From contig OZ365110.1 of NCBI GenBank assembly GCA_977030845.1, positions 51,770,001 through 51,834,000 on the forward strand: a stretch of 64,000 bases of DNA, read 5' to 3'. Both the position numbers and the translations under genes were made by a program. How positions within the stretch are numbered: position 1 is the first letter of the stretch; each line of letters opens with the position of its first letter. The notes under the pieces were generated by a model. It made no database searches. It worked only from the letters and a program-made list of their open reading frames with translations, and was not told the origin of the DNA. The stretch is from Fimbriosthenelais zetlandica (lineage: Eukaryota). Shown one piece after another: positions 1-9,697 of the stretch.

Positions 1-40
1 ATTCACTGATTATAATACAGTACACCACTACTATACTAAC

Positions 41-2995
41 TCTGTCCCTGTCGCCTCTCCTGTCCTCATCATCCGAGTCTCGCTGCCTCCTTCTATAACC
101 ATATTCATCATCGTCCTCGTCTCGGTCTTTTGATGTCTTTCTTCCATCTTCTCTGTCCCATGGTTTGGGTCGCCGGCCATGTTTTAACCCCCGTTCATCC
201 TCCTCATTGTACCTCTCATCCCTCTCTTTCCTCCCCCGGTATCCTGGTCTTTCATATCTCTCATCCTCATCATCACTGTCTCTGTCTTGGCCCTTTCTGC
301 CGGCTTTCCCACGACCGTACTTATCATCAGAATCTCTTTTCCCACGACCGTACTTATCATCAGAATCTCTTTTCCCACGACCGTACTTATCATCAGAATC
401 TCTTTTCCCACGACTGTACTTATCATCAGAATCATCATCAGATTTCCATGATTTGTCGTATGGGCTTTTCCTATCATCTCTTCTGGAGAATGGACCTTTT
501 TTATCCTCCTCTTTCCTTGAGAAAGGACTTTTCCTATCATCTTTCTTTGAGAATGGGCTTTTTCTGTCATTCTCTTTCTTTGAGAATGGACTTTTCCTAT
601 CATCTTCCCTTTTGGAGAAAGGGCTTTTTCTGTCATTCTCTTTCTTTGAGAATGGACTTTTCCTATCGTCTTCCCTTTTGGAGAAAGGGCTTTTTCTATT
701 TTCCTCTTTCCTAGAGAAAGGACTTTTGCGGCCATCATCTTTCTTAGAATACGGGCTCTTTCTGTCATTTTCTCTTTTTGAATAAGGACTTTTCCTGTCT
801 TCATCCCGACGCGAGAAGGAATACTTTCCATCATCATCTTCGTCGTCGTAATCTCGTTTAGAGTAGGAACCCCGCCTCCTATCATCTTCCCTTTTAGAAA
901 AGGGACTTTTCCTGTCATCATCCCCCCTGGAGTATGGGTTTTTAGTATCCCTCTCGTCTTTTGAAAATGGACTTTTCCGACTATCCTCCTTCTTTGAAAA
1001 AGGACTTTTCCTTTCTTGTTCTTTCCTTGAGAAGGGGCTTTTTCTGTTATTTTCCCTTTCATCTCTCATTGAATAAGGACTGTTCCTATCATTTTCATTT
1101 TTTGAGTATGGGCTTTTCCTATCGTGATCCTTTCTGCCAAATGGACTTCCTTTGTCATGATAAGGACTCTTCCTGTCCTGTGAGTATTGCTTGCGACCTT
1201 CAGTAAATCTTTTGACCTCTTCATCAGAATCTTCCACACTTCGGGAGTTCTTACGGTTCCTACGGTATATATCTCTTCCGAACTGATTATCATCAGAATC
1301 TTTATTACCAAACTGCTTGCCTCTTTGTTTTGGTACAGGTTTATAGGCATTTCCCTCATCATCAGAATCTGACGCAAGCAGACCCCTTCTCTTTGCTTTG
1401 GGTTTCTGTGACTCTTCCTTGCCACCGTCCATATAGTCAAAAATAGATTTCCGTCTTTCCGATGGGGAAGGTTGTTCCTCATTTTTAGATTTGGCGGTTT
1501 TATTTCTGCCAAAGAATATGTATAAGAGCGATTAAAATTAAATTTCACTGTAGAATAATGTTTTCACCAGATTTATATGTTAATAATGTACCGAGTAATA
1601 CAAAAATCTAATCTCATATTAAGATTATGCTTCAATTATATTAATATGGGGTACACATAGTAGATGAAAGAATAGGCTGTATTTTCTTGCTAATAAGGAT
1701 GTCAAACAGCCTTCTTTTCTCGAAATTGCCAACAAAGTTAAATTTCTATAAGGCAAAACACTCACGTTCTTGATCTTGGTGTAGGTCGAGGCCGATCGTC
1801 TTCCTCATCTCTTGAGTAAGGATCTTGTAATGATTTCTTACTCCGAAAACCTACAAATCATTTTCATGACACCAATTAGACAAAACCTGGCTGATGGCTA
1901 AAAATGAATTAATGCAATACAGCAGAGCATTTTCTACTGATATGTATTTATATAAGACTGTTTAAACTAACCTGGAGATGTAGAATGTTCTCGGTTATCC
2001 CTGTTATAACCACGGTGATTTTCACGCTCATAGGATGATCGTTCTCTGTCCTTCTTATACGATCCTCCATAATCATCACTGTCTCGCTCATAGTCCCTGG
2101 AGTAACTCCTTATCAAAGGGAAAGAAAAATACTTAATACAAAAATCATCAAGATTATTTCTAATTATGGACATATCTTCGGAGAAAAACAATAAGATTAG
2201 AATTAAAAATTAAACTATATCTACCTTTCTTTAGGAGAAACAGGCGACTTAGTTCGAGTGCCAGGTGGTTGCCAGGGACCCTCCTTCTTTTTTTCTTTTT
2301 TCCCATCCTTTGATTCCTTTTTTCCGTCTTTATTTCCGTCTCTATTACCAAAAATAACATCAAGAGGCGAGCCTTTCTCGGGCCCGGGAGATTTTCTCAA
2401 TTGGCTTCTGTCGTCAGATGAATAACGATTGTCGTGTTTCCTCGAGTAAGAATTAGACAGCGGTGAAGGGCTTCTGGTTGGATGTCTGGTGGTCCGATTA
2501 AAATCTCCCATAAACTCTGTCATGGAAAAACGTCAGATTGAGCAAAGCTAATAGCAAATCAAATATATTTTTTATAATATTATTTGTACAGAGCATGAAT
2601 ATTTCATATGAACCTTTTTATACCAGTAATTTCTTTAATTTCAAGCAAAATTGTCGGTTTCATTTAAGAGACATGTTAGACATACATGTATAACGGTCCC
2701 ATTCTTACAGTTAAATTTATAACTGGCAATGAATAATTTCAATAACTGACAATTAATAATTTCAATTAATCTATATTCAAAATATAAAAAGTATAGGAAT
2801 AATATGAGGGGAAATGTTACCATTATCACTGTCCAGTGCCTCATCACTATGGTCATCTGAGGTGATATCAGTGGTCAGTCCCCGGGCCCTCCTGTCCTTC
2901 ATGACTGAGGCGAGTTCTTGTTGAAGTGTAGAACCAGTAGGTTTCGCCCCAGTCCGGTGTGTGGTCCGTGAATACGGATCTACCATGTACGACAT
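41..2995 (-). CDS. Large charged low-complexity protein, tentatively MAP9/ASAP-like (5' part; gene continues beyond the left edge)
   Basis: Coding exons 2995-2821, 2516-2225, 2108-1972, 1850-1766 and 1505-41, all with AG/GT boundaries and consistent phases (2154 nt, 718 codons, no stop). A probable 5'UTR exon ends at the donor at 3771. The N-terminus MSYMVDPYSRTTHRTGAKPTGSTLQQELASVMKDRRARGLTTDITSDDHSDE resembles my recollection of the MAP9 N-terminus (TTFQDEL..AI.ARSARQ..SEYSDDFDSDE). The gene model is solid; the family assignment is weak. Confidence 0.7.
305..433 (-). repeat. 33-bp coding tandem repeat, about 3.9 copies, encoding DSDDKY(G/S)RGKR
   Basis: Plus-strand unit tttcccacgaccgtacttatcatcagaatctct starts at 305, 338, 371 and 404 (last copy partial, one substitution). 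Confidence 0.95.
440..1180 (-). repeat. Degenerate 30-33 bp coding repeat array encoding about 16 RKSP(F/Y) motifs
   Basis: Manual translation of the large exon gives repeated units such as DDRKSPFSKRE, NDRKSPFSKK and EDRKSPYSKRE. Confidence 0.9.
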
Positions 2996-3770
2996 GCTGT
3001 AAAAATAAAGTAGAAACCTGAATATTAGTAGATGCTAAACAGATTATTATTCACATGTGTACAACTTCTAGGGCACTTTTGTATCATAATACAGTTGATA
3101 TTGACAGCAAGGACCCTCTTTTTAAAAAGGAGAAAATTCAAATTTGGAATGATAGAAATGTAGCCTAATAAGTTTTCTAAGGATGGGGCCTTTGACAGTT
3201 GTCAAAAAGGTGTGGCAGGATGACAGAAGCGAGTGAAGGACAGCAAAATTACCAATAATCACAAATATATTTTTAACCTTTATGTGATAATTAAACGGTC
3301 TAAAGTTGTTATGTCAACTTAAGGAAAATAAGTGATATAGATCCATGTTAGGGCCTATTAAAGGGCCTATATATATATATGATGCCCTGTCCCATTAGTC
3401 ATTAGGCATTACGTTTTGACACGTCTAGCATTGTAAATTTACCCTATATCGCACCTATGACATAGGCCTATGCCTATTAGGCTAGGCCGATGTACAGTGC
3501 TATACTAGAAAACAGAATTAATATTCTTCTGGGCCTAGCAATAATTAAAAATACACTAGTTAGGCATATGCCTACACTCCGTCATGTCTGAACAAGTCAG
3601 TCAAATAACAAGCAAGGGCCAGATACACTGTGGTCATTTTCAGCCCCCTTTTCTATTATTGCAACCCAAAAACCCTCCCAATTTTTCACGGCATCATCTA
3701 AAGCAAATAATAACAAATCGTTTGATATATTGTGCTCGAATAATATCACATATTTATAAGGAAAACTTAC

Positions 3771-4005
3771 GTTTCAGCGGTGTTGAACCACCTGTCAAGA
3801 CGAACGCACGCTGGAATGTTTGGGTATGTTGCCAGCCGCTTTGTGATTGCCTTCTCTGATTGGTCATTATTAGGTCACCGCACTAATCTAGGTTGCAGCT
3901 TCCGGTCTGAGCGCTTCACAAGTGTTAGTTCCTCCATCGACCGTCACTTTCCGGTGGTGGCGGTAGCGTAGGGCCAGCCACCCGAAATGGAGCCGCCATT
4001 TTCTT
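3771..4005. promoter_or_regulatory. Divergent promoter / 5' region with ETS-like and YY1-like motifs
   Basis: GC-richer patch between the minus-strand 5'UTR exon (donor at 3771) and downstream plus-strand sequence. Contains cacttccgg (ETS/GABP-like, about 3946) and gccgccatttt (YY1-like, about 3993) followed by a pyrimidine tract. Confidence 0.5.
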
Positions 4006-4123
4006 TTTAGCCTTAGTTCTTCTGCCCGCCGCTGCATCTCCTCACCGAAGCTTGCTCTAAAGCCCCATTTCCATGTACTACTTTAGCCCACACAATCAGA
4101 TTTCTGTGCGCCTTTAATGGTCT

Positions 4124-4319
4124 TTAGTCTGATCAACGAGATTAAAATTATTTTACTCTCGTTGGTCTGATCTAGTCAAGTTCCTTTCTATGCCTAGCCT
4201 AGGCCTACAGACCTTCTATGGTCTCGGCCCTCATTCTCGGCATGGACCTTTTATTGTCCGAACCATTTTGACCACTATATAAAAGTCTTTTATATTTGAC
4301 CAAATATAAAAGACTTTTA
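4124..4319. repeat. Two long inverted repeats (hairpin or cruciform candidates)
   Basis: 4128-4140 tctgatcaacgag pairs with 4158-4170 ctcgttggtctga (one mismatch, one G-U), with an inner taaaa/tttta stem. 4280-4298 and 4301-4319 form a perfect 19-bp inverted repeat with a 2-nt spacer. Confidence 0.9.
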
Positions 4320-5776
4320 GGCCTATAGGTTATATTTTGGCATACATGTAGCACTCTGTGATTTTTAAAATTTAATTTTCTTTCAAGCTGTAGGCCTAGC
4401 TTTAACCCTACCCGCCTTAGCCATACACACCCAGCCTCGGGGTATGACTCATCACCTGCATTGGAGTGGAGGATGATGATGAGGGAGGGGAGGGACAAGC
4501 TCCCGGTGATCAGGGGGGTTGCTCTGTTTTTCTGATCATATTATATTAATAGTCCTACCCTGCACTACAACCATCAAGATATTTTCATGTAATCTCCTTT
4601 TCCGTATTCAAAAGTAGCCTAATTTTGTTTTCCTTTTTACAGAAAAATACATTGTAGCTGGTTCTTGTATGACAGATGGGAAACTTAGAATTCCAATATA
4701 GACTCGGGGTGGCCTCCATTTGTTTTCCCGGTGCCGGCCATTCATTCATGCGGGCTTGCTGCAGCAAAGCTGCTTCCATCCTTTCCAGGAACCCGCTTTA
4801 TTATCCTGCCTGCACTCGGCTCCCCACAAACCCCGAAAGCATTCGACAACATATGGATTTATATTGCAAGGATAGAAAATAATCTTCGTCGTCCTAGAAT
4901 TCGTCGTGGAATTACGCGTCTTAAGCCTTGTATCATTAGGCGACTAAAATAAGGATTTTTCCCCGTAACATAGCTGGGTCCATTCAGTATTTTGAGAGTG
5001 AATTTCATCAGAAACGCTGGATGGGACGCTGCATGGTTTTGTAGACTACTTCCGGTTGCCTTAAGATCGCGAGTTGCTCACGGTGCGGATGCCGAGCAAT
5101 TGCAAGTAAGTAGCATATCTGAATGTTTTTCGATATCACTGAAAACAATAGCAATTCTGCCTTTATAATTGATGCAGTGAATTTAACATAGTTATGCCCG
5201 AATATTGTGAGCGTTTTTTATTTGTATTAAAGGCCCACTGACCAGGCAATGACCTCAGGTACTTTGTTCTGACGCTTTGCAGTTGAGGTCATATTACGTG
5301 ACTCAGTGATGTGGCTCTATGAATATTCCAACTTTCTCCAGGTCTAATAAGCATTGATTTGTCCTTCTGTCATCCCACTGACACCATCTGACGATGATTC
5401 ATTCAGCATTACAAACCGATGATGCGAGTAGGCCTTGTGGATTCACTTATACCCTAAATGTAGGCTTCAGTTATGTCTATGGCGCTGCTTCTACATGCCC
5501 TATATTTCAGGCTATAAGCATATAGGACTGCTAGTATTGCTTTATTTTAAATACATGTACCTTGTTTTGAATTAATTTTATTCTCATTGAAGCATTTTCT
5601 CCATATTTCAGATATAGCCTACTCGGAGATATTGGAGATATAGGGTTTCACAACATAAGAAAATGAACTGCAGGGTATAGCCCGTCTTCGGACTTTAAAT
5701 ATCATATCTCAAATGTCTACAACGATAATTCGGTGGCAATTCATATTTATCGTTCTATAAAGGGGAAATATCCATA

Positions 5777-8700
5777 ATGGAGGGCGATAACTCATTTCTG
5801 CCTTCCTGTCGCTGGAATATGCTTCAGTTCTTCCTGATATGCACATACTCTATGGGTGTATCTGCTGTATGGAAATTTCCTCATCTCGTGTATGTTCACT
5901 CAGGTAGGTGACTTTTAGTCTATTTCCCCATCAAATATTCCTAAATTCACCCAGATTTTCCCTGTGTATGTAATGGAACAATATTATGTATTATTCCCAA
6001 ATTAACTGTCCCATATTTTTTCTAACAGGGTTATTCCTCGTGGCTTATTACATACTTCTCGTCATCATATGCGTTCCTGTTACATTCCTCCAACTAAAAC
6101 TTGGTGGAATCTTTGGTTGTGGTATTCTACGACTCTTCACTCATTATACACCAGCACTCAAAGGTCCATTCATCAATAATATCAACTTATATTTTCATAG
6201 AATTACTAAAGAGCTAAATGTTGCCGAGGTTTTGTCTTTTTTGTGCATAACAATGTGATTTTTAAATAATATAGATAGTTATAACTCAAATGTATGAATT
6301 CTTGTTCCCTTTTTAGGTGTTGCTATAGCAATGCTCGCCTATAGCTTTATTGAGTGTATCTACAACAACGTGTATTTGGCCTATGCATTCTACTACATGT
6401 TTGCTGCTTTAAAACAGCCTTATGTTTGGACTCAAACCAGTAATGCAACCCAAAGGTATAACACTTTAACATCTCGGTTGTTTTTCACATTTTAAAATAG
6501 ACATTTCACTGAGCTTTAATGAAATTATAAAAGTATGTTAATAAAATCGAGATTAGAAAAGAATTGCTTGCTGGAAAATAATTTCTGTCATGTATTCCAT
6601 TTCATTTGTAGGGTTTCTTCTACATATTTGTTCTTTGGAAAGACACCGTCAGAAAACTACTTCTTGTAAGTCCACTTAGCTAAAACAAAAATTAGTTCAT
6701 AAGGAAAAAAAGTATATTGTTATCAGTTATTGTAGAAAAAGAACCAACCATACATACATTCTTTAATTATATTTCTAATAAATTTGACTTTTACGGAATC
6801 GAATGGAATAATAAAGTTGATGATTGTATCTTTCAGTAATGACGTATTACAGAGGAGTGGGTCGGTGAGTGAGGGAGGTATAGTGCCGTGGCATCTGGCA
6901 CTGTCTCTACTCGCCATATGGCTCATCATGTTCCTACTTTGTTGCCGAGGACCTCAGTGGTTTGGCAAGGTAAGTTTCCCCATGCCGGAAGTAATTTTGT
7001 AAAGAAGAAATTATACATTTTTAGAAAATATTCCCATCCTGTACGAGTGTTCGATAGAAGTTTAATGAATTAAATAACTTTTATGAATTAAATTTTTTTT
7101 TTCAGGTTGTGTATGTAACAAGTCCCCTAGCCTACATTCTCCTATTCGTGATGTTGATCTACAGCCATACTGCCATACCATCCGCCTACCAATCACTCAG
7201 GCATTTCTTCTCAGACCAGCAGTCTCCCTCGACCAACGGACATGCTGACAATGGCCATGACAAGAATGGTATACTAAAGTCCCAGTTGGCTTCACCCCTG
7301 GTAAGTTCCTCCATTTCCTTTGGCTTTTTAAGAAATAGAATTGATTTAGATTTTATATTAATTTTGTTATTAAATTCTAGTCGTCAGTTACATATGAATA
7401 AATATGTATATTATTCGTATCTTTCAGACCTGGGTCCGCGCCTTAGAACAGCATATATTTAACATTGGACTATGGGCAGGGCTCCTTCCCACTCTAGGTG
7501 CTCATGTGGGAAAAAAGAAACCGGCAAATAATTTGTAAGTTAATTATTAATCCCTTTAGAATAACGGCTTAGCTTTTTTGACGGTAGTGTTAATTGACAC
7601 TGTCACAAAATATCCAAGTTTAAATCAGTGGAAGTTGTGACCATCATTGAGTTGAATACTGTCCATCATTCTGATCTCCGCTTAATGATCATTTCCCTCT
7701 GTAGGACATGTATACTGCTACTACTGATTCACTCCATATTACCACATCTTGCCACCATCACCATCGCTCCATTCATACATGCTCTGGCTGTGAAGAAACA
7801 CCAGTCTTTTGAGAGCTTAATATCGGAAGGTCTGTAGTCAATTTTCCTACTAATGGAAATTGTTGACATCAATTTCATGGTAAATCTCATAGGAATATTT
7901 ATATCACCAAGAAATATTTATCACCACCCAAACTGTACTAATCATTTGTAGGCACTCGGTTGATGTTCATCACTCTCCCAGAAGCCTTTGCCTTAACAAA
8001 AGTTCATCCTTTCTGGGTTTTCCTGTTCTACCTCTTCTTCATTCTCTTCACACTGCATCGGCAGGTAAAAACATAACCATTATTTAAGGATTTCAAGGCC
8101 GTCACTCCCACATTGTGGGAAAGAGAGATCAGTATTAATTCTTTTGATTTTATCTTCCCTCAGGCACTGCTGTTGATAGTAATTATGGAAAACATTGTGG
8201 AAAACTGTACAAAATACACGGTGATAATATTTAGAAGAAAGGAAATACTAGTAGCAACCCTCTGTGTTGTTGCTTATTTGCTGGGTTTGCCTCACATCTC
8301 TCAGGTGAGTAAAACTAAGGGGTTATAATTATTTAAATGGCATCCTTCTGAAATGTCCATATATTTTGTAAAAGCATTTTATAAAATTAGGCATGGACGT
8401 TTACCTTTTTACACCCGGTGTAACTCGATGTATACTCTGGATATCTTCCACTTGTATTAATTGTTAATTAATAAATTACCGATTACAGGGAGGTTATTAC
8501 TTCACAACTTTAGTCAAAGTCTACTTACTGAGGCTCTCCTGGATCATTGTCATCCTGAGTATTCCACCAATAGTTTATGCCTATGGTCAGTAAAAGTTTA
8601 TTCAACATTCTCACTTTCCAGCTTCTCAAGCATTGCATAACTTCAGTAACTTTATACTTATGACGGAGTTCTAGTCCGGATTAGATTATTTCCAATTAAT

Positions 8701-9697
8701 TTTATTCTTCAGCCAAACTTGACTCTCTCCATGTCCCTGTGAGTACGCTGTGCATTTGCATCTGGTTTACATTTGCTACTGTGGCTGTAGGGGTAAGTAT
8801 GTCATATGAATTTCCTCCATGTGGAAGATTGACTCTAATTAGATGAGCAATATTCATGATCAAAATATTGTCATTTGAATAATCAATCCTGTAGCTTTCA
8901 TTGCCACCTCATTGTATGTAACTACCTTTTACCCTGTAGGTTCTGCTCATCTTCAACAATGTGACCTTTGTTGGGGATTACATCGAGCAGCTGAAATACC
9001 CAACCTGGTCAGCTGGGTTAGGCTGGTGTTTAGCCGTGTTTGTTCCATTGGCAGCCTGTGTGGCTGGCTTAGCTCACTCTCTCTATGTTATCAAAGGAGA
9101 TTGGAGACAGGTAAGTAAAAATCCAGTCCTTTACAGACGATTTTTTCGAAGAAACGTTTCACATAATTAGAGACTAGTATATTTGAGTCAGAAAGTAGAA
9201 TTTAGAACAACAGGCGCGGATTTTTTTGATTTTTTTTCGCCCCCCCCCCCCCCCCCCCCCCTTTGAAAAATCCTGGATCCGCCCCTGAACAATACCATTT
9301 GAATTCGAAAAACCAGAAATGTTTAGGTAAATAGTCAATGAATGGGATACCACTACATTCATCATCGAATTAAATGGCCGTATTTTTAAAATGCATTGAC
9401 ATACAGCTTCAAAATGATTATATTTGACAGAAACTGAAATCGGTGATCAGGCCATACCCTACACCCTTACCCCGGATGGACCAGGAGGATCAGGGCGGTC
9501 AGTTAGCTGACTATACTGGTGGTGTGGAAGGAGGCACATTGAGAAGGCGACAACAGAACAGGCTGGAGTTACAAGAGAGAAAGAAGCGACAAGAAAACAG
9601 TAGAAACAACACATTAAATACCAGCAACTCACAAGACTTGGCTGAATCAGAGGTCTGCCTGGCTCCCACACAAAATGGAAGCATCACTTCATTATAA
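5777..9697 (+). CDS. Highly divergent SLC6 (neurotransmitter:sodium symporter fold) membrane protein, 627 aa
   Basis: 14 coding exons: 5777-5903, 6029-6163, 6317-6455, 6612-6665, 6837-6969, 7106-7300, 7428-7534, 7705-7829, 7952-8064, 8164-8304, 8489-8585, 8713-8792, 8940-9110, 9431-9697 (1884 nt, in frame). SLC6-like segments include MGVSAVWKFPHLVY (TM1, cf. GLGNVWRFPYLCY), GLFLVAYYILLVIICVPVTFLQLKLG (TM2), TPSENYF, GIVPWHLALSLLAIW..RGPQWFGKVVY (TM4-5), TWVRALEQHIF (TM6), FITLPEAF..FWVFLFY (TM8) and YPTWSAGLGW (TM12). Confidence 0.88.
9211..9287. mobile_element. Short non-autonomous DNA element (MITE-like) in the last SLC6 intron
   Basis: Imperfect terminal inverted repeats caggcgcggatt / ggatccgcccctg around poly-T and poly-C tracts; flanked on both sides by aacaa. 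A related left end, cagggccggatccag, occurs at 62018. Confidence 0.6.

Noticed and set aside
130-1548. ORF-track proteins at 130-714, 165-785, 184-1062, 961-1206 and 1066-1548
   Set aside because: These are antisense or off-frame shadows of the repetitive coding exon 1505-41. The splice-consistent frame is a different minus-strand frame.
3990-4420. Telomerase RNA (GCCATTTT followed by a template-like tract; taaccct at about 4403)
   Set aside because: The tract after GCCATTTT is ttagccttag, not a CUAACCCU-type template, and I see no pseudoknot or properly placed H/ACA domain near the taaccct hit.
4473-4535. Box C/D snoRNA (atgatga ... ctga)
   Set aside because: The terminal stem is poor, the interior is G-run rich, there is no clear C'/D' pair, and I recognise no rRNA-complementary guide.
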